Counted from the stretch's first letter, positions 38,330 to 48,376 are shown. The stretch: 64,000 nt of DNA from a virus (IMGVR_UViG_3300015607_004069:117659-181658); one strand, 5' to 3'. Numbers and translations: made by a program. The notes: generated by a model from the sequence alone, not told the origin.

Positions 38330-39052
38330 GTGAATACGTTCGTTACTGCCGATCCGCACTACCACCACAGGAACATCATCAGATACTGCAATCGGCCTTT
38401 CCTGTCAGATGTCGATGCAGAGGAACTGCAGAGACGTGGCGGCAAATGGCACGATGGCGACTGGCGTAGCAATCCATGGAAGATAAGCGACGAATCTCTC
38501 GAAATGATGAATAGAGCCTTAGTAAAGGAAACAAACAGGCTCGTCAAACGGGATGACACCTTGATCATCGTTGGCGATTATAGCCTGAAGCCTAATAAGG
38601 AAAAGGACTTGAAGGAATACTATAGGAAATGCAGAGAAATCCGTGATCTGATCCACTGCCAGAATGTACACCTGATAAAAGGCAACCATGATCACGATTG
38701 CATCGCCGACCTGTTCTCTTCTTATTCTGTCGTACTAGAGGGCGAGTACTATGGCTCCCATGTCGTCTTCTCTCATCATGCTTTCTTGGCATGGAATAAA
38801 GCACATCGAGCCGCTATCCACTTATATGGGCATTCGCATTCCGAAATAGAGGAATGGTGTGACCTGTTCATGCCGGGTCGTAGAAGCATAGATGTAGGAG
38901 TAGATAATGCCGCTAAAATCTTGAAGGTGTATAGGCCATTCAACCTACAAACAGAGATCGTCAACGTCTTGAGTCAACGATCTGGCTTTTCTATGAATAA
39001 ACACATTCCAACCAATAGCACTTCACCAAATGAAGCCGATCATGTCGATTGA
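38330..39052 (+). CDS. metallophosphoesterase (phage type)
   Basis: ADPHYHH, VGD, KGNHD, SHH, LYGHSH, DVGVD. Confidence 0.9.
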   Translation: MNTFVTADPHYHHRNIIRYCNRPFLSDVDAEELQRRGGKWHDGDWRSNPWKISDESLEMMNRALVKETNRLVKRDDTLIIVGDYSLKPNKEKDLKEYYRKCREIRDLIHCQNVHLIKGNHDHDCIADLFSSYSVVLEGEYYGSHVVFSHHAFLAWNKAHRAAIHLYGHSHSEIEEWCDLFMPGRRSIDVGVDNAAKILKVYRPFNLQTEIVNVLSQRSGFSMNKHIPTNSTSPNEADHVD

Positions 39053-39255
39053 TAACGACGCATTACCAGTTTGGCCACAGCCATATTGATAGCTTCAAGA
39101 CCTGCCGAAATGACTGGTTCTTGTTCTGATGAAGGCTTTTGTTCTACCTTTTGAACATCATTGCCAAAAGGCCAGTCAGGCACTTCGACAATAGTATCAA
39201 ATTCGAGTCCATGATGGATACCTCCGCACATACGAAACTCCTTAGATGTGGGCGA

Positions 39256-39735
39256 TTACTTCTTGAATGCTGCTTTAGCAGCTTTTCTTGCAGTGTTGTT
39301 CTTGAAAGCCTTCTGGAAGACAGTTTCAAGTCGTCGTGGCGATGCCTTTTCTGGTTCGTTGACATCCCACTTATTTGGCACTTCAGCGCCGGGAATGAGC
39401 AACCACTTCAATACGATATTGGCCAATAGACCAGTATCAATAGGAGCCTCATTGGCATCAAAGCAATCTAGATTCAGGAAACGCCGAAAATTGTCATTGT
39501 CCTTGACGGGCTGGAAGACAATACCCGGCCACATATCCGGATTCTTCGTATATTGGCAATATGACAAATCGATTCCTGATTTAGTGCCAAACCAGAGATG
39601 CAAGTTGTCACAGAACGGCTTCTGAAATACGAATACGGTCAGATCCATATCATATTCGGTGCCTAGGTCCCATCCGAGGTTGATGAGCTTGTTTACCACA
39701 CGCTCTTTGACCGATTTGATTTGGAAGTTTTCCAT
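39256..39735 (-). CDS. hypothetical protein
   Basis: 159-aa ORF in the minus operon. Confidence 0.6.
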   Translation of the reverse strand: MENFQIKSVKERVVNKLINLGWDLGTEYDMDLTVFVFQKPFCDNLHLWFGTKSGIDLSYCQYTKNPDMWPGIVFQPVKDNDNFRRFLNLDCFDANEAPIDTGLLANIVLKWLLIPGAEVPNKWDVNEPEKASPRRLETVFQKAFKNNTARKAAKAAFKK

Positions 39736-39738
39736 GTG

Positions 39739-40281
39739 TTATGCCTGCTCTTGTTTCTTACGGGGTGCAAAGAATTTGTTCAATTGGCCGACACGATTCT
39801 TGGCGACCAGATCGACCTTAGGCTTTCTTTGCTTCACGGTAATAAGTGCTACCCCATGGAATTCGCATAATTCCGAAATATTCCTAGTCCATTCGGCTAT
39901 ATCTTTATATTCTTTGCCCGAATTAAATTCGGCTTTATTACTGAATTGGGCAATATTGTTATATGAACCTTTCAATCGCCATTCGTTAATTCGTGCTGAA
40001 ATCATGATGGCTAGAAGATTCTTAGCTAATATCTTTTTGTTTTTGATCGATTTCAGGTTTTCAATACAGGTGTAAGAGTTCGCATGGCCTATGTTGTAAT
40101 TGATGGGGAATAGGCAGTCAGTGAGTTTACAACATCGCTCGCAGATTTTCTGGCCTTCTGGTACTGTCGCTTCCTCATCCCGCACAAAAGTGCTAGTGTT
40201 GCGATTGCGACAAGCCGAACACACATAAAGTGTCGAGTTCTGTTTTTCGAAATCAGTCAGATTTCTCATCCTCACCTCCAT
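39739..40281 (-). CDS. hypothetical zinc-finger protein
   Basis: CSAC...CERC and CEFH. Confidence 0.6.
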   Translation of the reverse strand: MEVRMRNLTDFEKQNSTLYVCSACRNRNTSTFVRDEEATVPEGQKICERCCKLTDCLFPINYNIGHANSYTCIENLKSIKNKKILAKNLLAIMISARINEWRLKGSYNNIAQFSNKAEFNSGKEYKDIAEWTRNISELCEFHGVALITVKQRKPKVDLVAKNRVGQLNKFFAPRKKQEQA

Positions 40282-40288
40282 GATTGGT

Positions 40289-40651
40289 TTATTCGCTTGA
40301 TTTGCTCGATGCCCAGCCTCTATGCGGATCGATAAATTCGTTCTTTTGGTTTAGTTTCATGACTGAGGCGGCGTATCGGAAAAAGGCATTGTCAACAGCC
40401 AAGTGCCGTTGCGTATCTTGGACGATTTCATTGACCTTTTCCACGCTATCGGCTTTTTCCAGAGCATCCATAGCGGAAACGACTTGCCATTCATTGGCTC
40501 TTCTATCACATTTGAATAGTACCTTAGCAATCAGTTTATGATTGGCAAGTAGCGTCTTATTCATGCACTCAAGCATAAGTGCATGAGCCTGCACCAGATC
40601 GGCATAAGTACAATTCTGCATGCTGTCTACGATTGATGATGTATTAATCAT
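40289..40651 (-). CDS. hypothetical protein
   Basis: tiles the operon. Confidence 0.55.
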   Translation of the reverse strand: MINTSSIVDSMQNCTYADLVQAHALMLECMNKTLLANHKLIAKVLFKCDRRANEWQVVSAMDALEKADSVEKVNEIVQDTQRHLAVDNAFFRYAASVMKLNQKNEFIDPHRGWASSKSSE

Positions 40652-40660
40652 TGCGGTGTC

Positions 40661-40873
40661 TCATAGGCTTTCGATTGGGTAGCCGACCTTAGCAACGATG
40701 TCGCCTTCAGTGGTACGGCCACAGAATAACCTGCCATTCACATCCCACACCTGAATCGTTCCACAAGGAAACTCACCAAATGCGCCATAAGGACCATCGA
40801 CAATCTTATAGATATTGACTACCTTACCATCGGCTGTTCGGTAGTCTCCAGTTCGGTCAATAATCGTCTGCAT
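40661..40873 (-). CDS. hypothetical protein
   Basis: G.YRT.DG..V.I phage small-protein pattern. Confidence 0.6.
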   Translation of the reverse strand: MQTIIDRTGDYRTADGKVVNIYKIVDGPYGAFGEFPCGTIQVWDVNGRLFCGRTTEGDIVAKVGYPIESL

Positions 40874-41146
40874 TTATTGCCCTCTCTTGACAATACTGAC
40901 ATCTATATTATCAATGAGAATAGCGTCCTCTGTATTGGACATGCTCTTCTTGGCATTTACAGGCCATGCATAGAATCCGTCGTTTGGCTGATTACTAGCA
41001 TAAGCTAAATACACTTTCTGACCCTGCTCTAGACTTTTATAGGGCCAAGTCCCAAGGATAGTCACTCCATTGACCATGACCCCACGTAAGTCTTTTGTTA
41101 GTTGTTGTTTGCCGGGTCTTCGTTCGAGCAGCACAGGTGTCTCCAT
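40874..41146 (-). CDS. hypothetical protein
   Basis: abuts both neighbours. Confidence 0.55.
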   Translation of the reverse strand: METPVLLERRPGKQQLTKDLRGVMVNGVTILGTWPYKSLEQGQKVYLAYASNQPNDGFYAWPVNAKKSMSNTEDAILIDNIDVSIVKRGQ

Positions 41147-41148
41147 TC

Positions 41149-42366
41149 TTACATGTCGCTGTGGTCGCGAAAAGCCTTGGCGACGGGAAAGCGAGGAAGG
41201 TCATGGATAGTAAAACCAAAGTGCTTGACGGTTAATTTCCTGCCGATGTATTTCGCACCATCAACCAGATATCGCTTCTTCTGTTCGTGTGTGCCAGGCG
41301 CGGTAACATCGAAAACGTCTTTTGGGCCAGTGCAGCCAACATGCCTGCAGATGAAAACGCAATGTTCTTTGGCCTTGCCCTTGTCACCGGGTCTGAAGTC
41401 AATCACTTCATACTCATTTTCGTCGAAGTTCTTGACCTTCAACAGTGATTTGCTGCGTTCACCAGCATCATAGGGACTATTCGACCGAATCATGCCACCT
41501 TCAAATCCCATCCTGACCCAGCGTTCCACATGGATCAGCATTTCTTCCTCGGAGAAGACTTGTACTGTTTCCACAGGACGAAGAGCAGAAGCGGTATGCT
41601 GAGAATAGAATTCGGCCAATAAATCATGGCGTTCCTTGAACGGCATGTCAGGACAGTCAAGAAGAAGAGCATCGTAGGTATGATAATCGATCAGCTTGGC
41701 GTGTTCATGGCCACCTTCGGTAGAGATAGCAGCACCGATGTCTTCAAAGGATATCTTAGTGGTGTACAGTTCACCATCAGCTAAGATACCTCTCTCCGAA
41801 GAAATCAGGCCTTTCTTGGTGAAGAACTCCTGCATATGTCTTAGTTCTTCCGTGATGTGAGACATAGTCTGGATCAATTCGCCGCTTCGGCTATACTGCT
41901 CGATCCGATCAGTATAGAGGTGTGACATGCATCGTCGCCCATCTGACTTTGGTTGGATGAACATGCCGTCTGTCCAATTGACTATTGGCTTTTTGATGGA
42001 TCTGATGCCGGTCTTCTTGTCTACAACAGCCTTGTAGAAATCCTGTGCAAGCATGGGAGCCAATGCTCGCTTTTCTGACGATTCTGTCCCTGCACTATCC
42101 TGACCATAATGTTCCCGATTGACCTTGCGTTCCCATTTACTCTGTGCCTCGGACAGGGCTTGCTCCCATGGGGTGGTGGCATTGGCTCGACCGACATTCT
42201 TGCCCGATTTAATGGGATTGGTGGCTTCTTGGAACTTGCCGCCTACCAGACCGAATCGAGTGACCACGGTTGGCACACCATCCATCAGTTGGACTCTGAT
42301 ATCACACTGTTGAACAGCACCAGTAGCGGTCTTCTTGTACAGGCTGGGGTATGTCTTCGTTTCCAT
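41149..42366 (-). CDS. lig: ATP-dependent DNA ligase
   Basis: APMLA, motif I QPKSDGRR, DGELY, EGGMIR, LLKVKNF, PRFPV; start moved to METKTY. Confidence 0.92.
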   Translation of the reverse strand: METKTYPSLYKKTATGAVQQCDIRVQLMDGVPTVVTRFGLVGGKFQEATNPIKSGKNVGRANATTPWEQALSEAQSKWERKVNREHYGQDSAGTESSEKRALAPMLAQDFYKAVVDKKTGIRSIKKPIVNWTDGMFIQPKSDGRRCMSHLYTDRIEQYSRSGELIQTMSHITEELRHMQEFFTKKGLISSERGILADGELYTTKISFEDIGAAISTEGGHEHAKLIDYHTYDALLLDCPDMPFKERHDLLAEFYSQHTASALRPVETVQVFSEEEMLIHVERWVRMGFEGGMIRSNSPYDAGERSKSLLKVKNFDENEYEVIDFRPGDKGKAKEHCVFICRHVGCTGPKDVFDVTAPGTHEQKKRYLVDGAKYIGRKLTVKHFGFTIHDLPRFPVAKAFRDHSDM

Positions 42367-42428
42367 GTCAGTCTCTCCGTTGAAAGCAGGATGTAATACC
42401 ATCAGGCACTTCATAAATGCAAAATGGT

Positions 42429-43928
42429 CTAGCGGAAGCATTTCATCAGTCTGGTTCGATTCTGCAGTACCACGGCAAACATGTCCGTAAGCTGATTGGC
42501 ATACTGCTCGTCATGGTATGAGCAGCCTATTCCGTGAACCAGTTCGTGGACTGCCAGAGAGATCAGACGATCCTTCTCAGTCAGGCGGAAGCGAATCTTA
42601 AGCGAGCGACTGCTGCTGCCTTTCTGCTTTACCACCTTGCAGGGATTGACGTAGTAGATGCGTCCATATTCACTGGTCACTTCATGCTGAGCTTCCGATT
42701 CCTCAGAAATGACGAATCCAGTACCGAAATTCCCTTCGATGTTAAACAGCTTATGCAGTTCGACCATGACATTAGCCCAATACTTAGCTAATGTCTTAGC
42801 GTACTTGCTGAACTTCTCACTATGTGGCATCAGATAATCAGGCAGAGTCAGGTCAGTCTCATTCTTGATGATGAATTCACTATTCAACTGATTCTTCACG
42901 CTCTCTCTGGCTTCACTCTCTCCCACCATAGTGCCACGGTCAGGAGTCTGTGCTGTCGCACGAGCAGCGACGCAGACTTCTGATTCTGGTGCTGCCTGCT
43001 CTTCGGAAGCCACATTACTTGTCGTTTCGAGTTCCTTTGCTTCAACAGTCTTAGCGACCATATGCTTACGACCAGCATAATGCATGTAGGTCTTAGCGAC
43101 TTTTTTCAGAGCGGAATCCTTGTCTGTGGTGATTTCGCCGATGAAAGCCATAAGCTCTTGATTGTATTTGTCCAATAGGCGGTCGCGGCTGCTGGTCAGA
43201 AGGTCAGTAGATTTACCAGTCAGTTCGATGATGACGCATTTGTTGAAGCCGACATAATTGGAGAACATGCAGATGCCATTCATCCGAACGATAAGCCTGT
43301 TGGTGAAGGTATTGTTAGTGTAGACCTTTCCCCATTTGAATTCCCGTCGAGCAGAACCCTTGTGGAGGGCTGGCTTGAATGTCTTAGTGACGATTTTGTT
43401 GTCTGATTCGCAGTTGTGGCTGAATTCGATTTCACAATCGAGCTGACTAAAAGCGATAATGTGCTTAGTGGCTTCGACCAGATTCTCATGGAGATAAGCC
43501 GTGCTAGCATCGAGTGTGATGGTATTCTCTACACCATCGACAAATTGTTCGCTCTCGGTAATTTCATACTGTCCACCGCTTCCTGTTACGATCAAATTGC
43601 CAGTGTGAATGCGATAAGAGGTGTGGCAGAAGTACAACAGCAACTTGGCTGCGCCGAAACCACCAACGCTGGATTCGGAATTCTTCGTTGACCCTCCCAA
43701 GGCCAGAAGCTTGTTTTCTAAGGTGTCGCGATCCATGGGCGAGCCATTGTTATTGACTCGCATGGTGATGGTCTTCGAACCATCATGGAGGATTTCGACA
43801 TTGATCTTGTTAGCACCACCATCAATGGCGTTCTGCACGAATTCACGCAGAAGGGCATATCGCCAATCAGAGTATTCTCGCTTGGCTGATTTGGCAAAGT
43901 AGTCGGCTGGGATTGAAACTGATGCCAT
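42429..43928 (-). CDS. GHKL (HATPase_c) ATPase with C-terminal HExxH zinc-metalloprotease motif
   Basis: REFVQNAIDG, NNGSPMD, GGFGAAK; C-terminal HELVHGIGCSYHDEQY. Confidence 0.8.
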   Translation of the reverse strand: MASVSIPADYFAKSAKREYSDWRYALLREFVQNAIDGGANKINVEILHDGSKTITMRVNNNGSPMDRDTLENKLLALGGSTKNSESSVGGFGAAKLLLYFCHTSYRIHTGNLIVTGSGGQYEITESEQFVDGVENTITLDASTAYLHENLVEATKHIIAFSQLDCEIEFSHNCESDNKIVTKTFKPALHKGSARREFKWGKVYTNNTFTNRLIVRMNGICMFSNYVGFNKCVIIELTGKSTDLLTSSRDRLLDKYNQELMAFIGEITTDKDSALKKVAKTYMHYAGRKHMVAKTVEAKELETTSNVASEEQAAPESEVCVAARATAQTPDRGTMVGESEARESVKNQLNSEFIIKNETDLTLPDYLMPHSEKFSKYAKTLAKYWANVMVELHKLFNIEGNFGTGFVISEESEAQHEVTSEYGRIYYVNPCKVVKQKGSSSRSLKIRFRLTEKDRLISLAVHELVHGIGCSYHDEQYANQLTDMFAVVLQNRTRLMKCFR

Positions 43929-43980
43929 TGGAAAGGCTCCGTAGTGAAGATGCCTTTTTGTAATCCCGCTGCCAGATTGA

Positions 43981-44199
43981 TTAATTCTGATTCCTAGGAG
44001 TATATATTATATCGAGGTAATTGGCCAATTGAAGCTTGGGTGCATCAGGAACAGAATGAATGGCAGAAACCGCTAAAGATGGCTCGACACCATCAAAATG
44101 AAGATTGACTCGATTCGGTAGAGTTGAAATACTGATTGACACCCCGTTTTCCAGAGTGATCACAACATTATCATCGGTGCACTGCAATTTCTTTATCAC
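43981..44199 (-). CDS. hypothetical protein
   Basis: 72-aa ORF. Confidence 0.45.
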   Translation of the reverse strand: MIKKLQCTDDNVVITLENGVSISISTLPNRVNLHFDGVEPSLAVSAIHSVPDAPKLQLANYLDIIYTPRNQN

Positions 44200-44222
44200 G
44201 GAACTACAATACTAGGCTGGCA

Positions 44223-44720
44223 TTATTGCGGCTTAATTTCCTGACTTGCCCCACCGGCAATCGAATCGACCTTGTCTCCGGCAATGCTGACCAGCTTATC
44301 AAAGCGTCTTGGGAAGTATCCAATAACGAAGCTAAACAGGCTGGACATAGTAGCTAGCCTGATATACTGGCTTTGGCTGATCGAGGTCAGATCATTACCA
44401 CCAACTACTAAATTGCAGCTTACCACTAACAGATAAACAAACAATCCCTTGGCTAGCAAACCAACTAGACAGACACCATTAGTCAGGGAAGCCAAACCGC
44501 CTATCAGAGAAGCTAAACAGCATAATATGGCGATATTGCTCATACTATAATTCAAAAACACAACAATGACACAGAAGACTAAAAACCAGAAATCGTTGCT
44601 CCCATTGACAGGATCGAATTGAGAACGATAAAAAGCTGTCCCCACAATGATACCCGAACAATACAACCCGACCCACATGACGATACAACATAGAAATAAG
44701 GTAGTTCTTCCGCCGCTCAT
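44223..44720 (-). CDS. multi-pass membrane protein
   Basis: four to five hydrophobic segments; RBS ggag. Confidence 0.7.
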   Translation of the reverse strand: MSGGRTTLFLCCIVMWVGLYCSGIIVGTAFYRSQFDPVNGSNDFWFLVFCVIVVFLNYSMSNIAILCCLASLIGGLASLTNGVCLVGLLAKGLFVYLLVVSCNLVVGGNDLTSISQSQYIRLATMSSLFSFVIGYFPRRFDKLVSIAGDKVDSIAGGASQEIKPQ

Positions 44721-44844
44721 AGTATAATCTCCATATAATTCTTAGACTCAAATTAAATTTTTCGTATTATAAATATATCGAATAGTCGCGTTCGTTGTTT
44801 CAACGTCGTAAGTCGGCTATTCATTTGATCAGAGGTGTCTGTGC

Positions 44845-45030
44845 ATGAGAATACAGTGTTATTTATCAGAAGACGAGATGAAGATTGCAATAGCAAAATG
44901 GTTTCAGTCGCTTGGAAAAGACATCGAACCAAATAGCGTGATTATTAATCATTGCACGGCTGATAACCGGGATTCATATGGTGCTTTTGTCTCATATTAT
45001 GAAGAACCGAAAGTCAAGAAAACTGCATAA
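44845..45030 (+). CDS. hypothetical protein
   Basis: RBS gaggt. Confidence 0.55.
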   Translation: MRIQCYLSEDEMKIAIAKWFQSLGKDIEPNSVIINHCTADNRDSYGAFVSYYEEPKVKKTA

Positions 45031-45039
45031 TGGTGCCTT

Positions 45040-45234
45040 ATGACCCTTGAGCAACTGAAGCAGATCAAGATTCCGTTTGGAAAATACAAGAATAAGCCAT
45101 TGGGCGAGGTGAATGATCTGAAATATCTAAATTGGATGCTGGGTATAGCCAAAGAACCATTTAAGTCAAGACTGCGATCATATTTATACCATCCGCAAAT
45201 AGAATCTCAAGTCAGCGATGTATTAGATAGATAA
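45040..45234 (+). CDS. DUF3820/exonuclease X C-terminal-like small protein
   Basis: IPFGKYKNKPLGEV...YLNW. Confidence 0.7.
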   Translation: MTLEQLKQIKIPFGKYKNKPLGEVNDLKYLNWMLGIAKEPFKSRLRSYLYHPQIESQVSDVLDR

Positions 45235-45320
45235 TCCCTAAGATTGACATCATATTGTCACTCAAACGTATCTAATAGGTGTCAGATGATCTGACAACAG
45301 GCCCACATAAGGAGAAGCCC

Positions 45321-45779
45321 ATGTATGCTGTTTTGCTCGCCTTGGTTTTGGCAGGCACACCAGATGTTCAGACTGGTTGTATAGGTCAAAAGGTTCAGAA
45401 TAATTGCGCAGGCTCGAAAGCCGTCGCCACGTCTTGTGTCGGCTCCTGCACTGGCAAGGTCAGATACACACGTGTCCGCTTGGCAGTCAGTAACTGTACT
45501 GGTACGAAAGAAGCAGCATCCTGCACAGGCTCGAAAGTAGCAGCATCCTGCACAGGATCAAAGGCACCAAGAGTCAAATACATCCGAGCCAAACTGGTGT
45601 CTTCTTGCACTGGTGCTCCAGCCAAGAATACAGAACCGATGAAAGGCACTACCCCTCCTCCGCCACCTCCACCCCCTGTGAATTCGAAGCCGACAAAGAA
45701 GGTAGACTACTTGCCGCCTATCCAGTCTGAAATCTTGATTGTGTCACCGAGATCATATCGATATTTGACCGGCCAATAA
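45321..45779 (+). CDS. secreted Cys-repeat, Pro-rich protein
   Basis: hydrophobic N-terminus MYAVLLALVLAG; eight CxG motifs (SCTGS); poly-Pro; RBS aaggag. Confidence 0.65.
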   Translation: MYAVLLALVLAGTPDVQTGCIGQKVQNNCAGSKAVATSCVGSCTGKVRYTRVRLAVSNCTGTKEAASCTGSKVAASCTGSKAPRVKYIRAKLVSSCTGAPAKNTEPMKGTTPPPPPPPPVNSKPTKKVDYLPPIQSEILIVSPRSYRYLTGQ

Positions 45780-45793
45780 GTAAATATTCATAC

Positions 45794-45833
45794 CGACAGT
45801 GGCCACAGAGATCATTTTCTGTGGCCATTGTCG
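45794..45833. terminator. bidirectional hairpin between convergent genes
   Basis: cgacagtggccacaga/tctgtggccattgtcg 16-bp stem with one G-T pair. Confidence 0.75.
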
Positions 45834-46043
45834 TATAAGCCTAGTTGGTTCTTGGCTTTCGTGTTGTGATGATTTTCTTGCCACTTTTGTTGATTTGTCG
45901 CCCATGGGGTGGCTTTTGCACTACAGGAATATCGTTTTGGCTAGGCTGATTCAGGCTATGCAGCAGGATTCTCTGATAGTCCATCAGTTCGATTTTCGCC
46001 ATATTTGGAGGGGTGATAGCCTGTTGAATTCTGATCGCTGGTA

Positions 46044-46322
46044 TCATTTGTGCCTCTGGTTATGATGCTTTTCCATTTCGGTATAAAGCACGAAGAATTT
46101 AGGATCGCAAGTTATATTACTCTTTGGCAGTTCACTCTGAAAGTTGGTGGTGACAGCCCGGAAGAAACGAGTGGCATTTGCTGATGCCCATCGGAACGTA
46201 CTCCAGAATCCATTATAGTACGTATTCAGTATCATATAGGCTATGGTGCCGAACATATACGACAAAATGGCACCGATGACGATGCCATATAGGATTGCTT
46301 CTAGCAGATTAAACTCAGGCAT
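46044..46322 (-). CDS. membrane protein
   Basis: N-terminal TM helix. Confidence 0.55.
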   Translation of the reverse strand: MPEFNLLEAILYGIVIGAILSYMFGTIAYMILNTYYNGFWSTFRWASANATRFFRAVTTNFQSELPKSNITCDPKFFVLYTEMEKHHNQRHK

Positions 46323-46704
46323 TTTTACTCTCCTCCGCCTTCTTTAAGTCATCCAACAGGCGCGATACGTTTGGAGGTATATTATCTCCGTATAGTGCCT
46401 TGGCGTTGGCAAGTGCCTGCTCATATAGGCTCGGTGTTTTTGGATTTGCATAGATAGGTGGTGGTATGCCTTGAGCAGCAGCTTCTGCTTCGGCTATGCC
46501 TTGTTTATAGGCTGCTTTGGTCTGGCGTATCGACTCGCTTACAGCCGCCACAATTGAAGCGAAGAAACCGGGTTGTTCTGGTTCTGGTGGCGGTGGTATT
46601 TGATCTTTCTTATGCTTGATGGCGATAGAGGTGACTACGACCAGAGTGGTCATAATCATGCCGAGTGCTATGACTGCAGCGAGGGTGTAGTAGAGTCCTT
46701 GCAT
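46315..46704 (-). CDS. membrane-anchored Pro/Ala-rich protein
   Basis: N-terminal TM, PPPPEPE. Confidence 0.6.
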   Translation of the reverse strand: MQGLYYTLAAVIALGMIMTTLVVVTSIAIKHKKDQIPPPPEPEQPGFFASIVAAVSESIRQTKAAYKQGIAEAEAAAQGIPPPIYANPKTPSLYEQALANAKALYGDNIPPNVSRLLDDLKKAEESKNA

Positions 46705-46994
46705 GGTGGTAATTCCGGAAATGAGGAGATTATCTGATAATCTTCAGTAAAACGAACGAAATAGCTATTAATTATTGAATGGGTCTTGAAGTACCCCTCG
46801 CCTTCTTGCGAATAGACGTTTATTCTGGCTGTGCTGGCATATAGTAGTTTGACATCGACCCGGACGGTATTTGGATACCTGCACCTTGATATGATCTGTG
46901 CTTTCAAACTGGTCATGCACTGTCGCTCTTTTTCTTCAGTGGTTTTCAGCTTGTTTTCTTTATCATAATCTACGAATTCTCGGACCTTGCCCAT
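46668..46994 (-). CDS. hypothetical protein
   Basis: TAATG coupling. Confidence 0.55.
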   Translation of the reverse strand: MGKVREFVDYDKENKLKTTEEKERQCMTSLKAQIISRCRYPNTVRVDVKLLYASTARINVYSQEGEGYFKTHSIINSYFVRFTEDYQIISSFPELPPCKDSTTPSLQS

Positions 46995-47557
46995 TATGCT
47001 CTCCGGATTGGTTGGACTGTAATATCCTTTATTACAGCATAGACATCATTGAGTGTTATCTTGTAATCCCGGCACTTTGCGGATGAATCCGCGAAGCCAA
47101 TTGTGATCTTCTCCGGAATCTTCTCTGGCATATGCCCATTGTCAGTCCTGAATCGTAATGGGCAGAATAGGACGTTGTATTGTGTGTCGGTTACGAACTC
47201 ATCATTTTTGACTAGATGCATTAGCTCATGTCTCCTGACTGTCTTTTCGAGGTCAGGCCAGAGAGTCAGTTCGTAGCCCTGTTTATAAGGCGTGATATCT
47301 ACATTAAAGAACTCATTTATCTTATTGTCAGACCACACCCTCATATGTTCGAGATTCTTTTCTACCGATGCCATGCAGACAATAATCGAATTGTCTATCC
47401 AGCGTGCGCCAGTGATAATATTGCTACCTATTATCTCATATTGCAGCAGTATCTCCGATAGACGTGATTTGTCCTGTGTCTTTATGGCAGACACCAGATC
47501 GTCTATGAGAAGATTGTCAGATGCAGGAAAATAGGAAATGAGCGTAGTGATTTTCAT
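46994..47557 (-). CDS. hypothetical protein
   Basis: 187 aa in operon. Confidence 0.6.
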   Translation of the reverse strand: MKITTLISYFPASDNLLIDDLVSAIKTQDKSRLSEILLQYEIIGSNIITGARWIDNSIIVCMASVEKNLEHMRVWSDNKINEFFNVDITPYKQGYELTLWPDLEKTVRRHELMHLVKNDEFVTDTQYNVLFCPLRFRTDNGHMPEKIPEKITIGFADSSAKCRDYKITLNDVYAVIKDITVQPIRRA

Positions 47558-47569
47558 GCGACTTCCATG

Positions 47570-48112
47570 TCAGTTTACTAACGCTTTTCTAAGGTTAGCC
47601 CACATTTTGGCGTATTCTGTGAAGAACACCTGTACCGGTGATACATAACTATGTAGTTCCTCGGTAACATTAGTCAGTCTTGACAAGGATGAATAGTTTA
47701 GACGAGTAGCACGAAAGATAACCGGTGTCACAGAAGTATAGAAAGCAAATGATAGCTCAATAAATGAGTTATCGTCATCATTAGTGCAGACCGCAGCAGC
47801 AGAGACGACTTGTTGTTCTTTAGCCAGTTTTCTGGCCAATGCCGAAATGGACTGAATCAAATTCTCTGGATCGATATCGTAATCGACCTGCTTAGCTTCA
47901 GACGATCCATCGCTGGTAATAATCGCAAGGACAGGATCGATTTCTACAAAGATTTTCTGCTTCTTTAGCTTGTTTTTGGCGGTGACATTGATCAAGTCAA
48001 TGGATTCATTGATCTGGCCGATGTATTTGGCCACAAGGCGTTCGGCCAGTGAATTCGATGCAATGTTGCCGATGACAAGGTTGATTAGCTCTTTGGGGCT
48101 TTTAGCAGTCAT
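47570..48112 (-). CDS. hypothetical protein
   Basis: 180 aa; RBS gagggg. Confidence 0.6.
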   Translation of the reverse strand: MTAKSPKELINLVIGNIASNSLAERLVAKYIGQINESIDLINVTAKNKLKKQKIFVEIDPVLAIITSDGSSEAKQVDYDIDPENLIQSISALARKLAKEQQVVSAAAVCTNDDDNSFIELSFAFYTSVTPVIFRATRLNYSSLSRLTNVTEELHSYVSPVQVFFTEYAKMWANLRKALVN

Positions 48113-48125
48113 TGTCCAGTCCCTC

Positions 48126-48150
48126 TAGGGCGAAGACTGTCTTCGCCCTA
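48126..48150. repeat. 25-bp near-perfect palindrome abutting the RBS of the downstream gene
   Basis: tagggcgaagac-t-gtcttcgcccta. Confidence 0.75.
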
Positions 48151-48175
48151 TTTTGTGATACGAGATCAGTTTCGG

Positions 48176-48376
48176 TTAATCGTCTTCTTCATCGTCCACA
48201 AAATCTTCATCATCATCGAAGTCTTCGTCATCGCCATCGTCTTCGTCATCATCGAAGTCATCGTCTTCGAAGTCGCCGTCATCGAAGTCTTCTTCATCAT
48301 CCTCCGGACCACGCGACACTACAGTCTTGACAAGATGACCTTCGACAGCTTTAAAGCCGTCCAGACGCATTACCAT
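48176..48376 (-). CDS. small hyper-acidic protein
   Basis: RBS aggagg; last 42 residues contain 34 D/E with spaced Phe. Confidence 0.7.
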   Translation of the reverse strand: MVMRLDGFKAVEGHLVKTVVSRGPEDDEEDFDDGDFEDDDFDDDEDDGDDEDFDDDEDFVDDEEDD

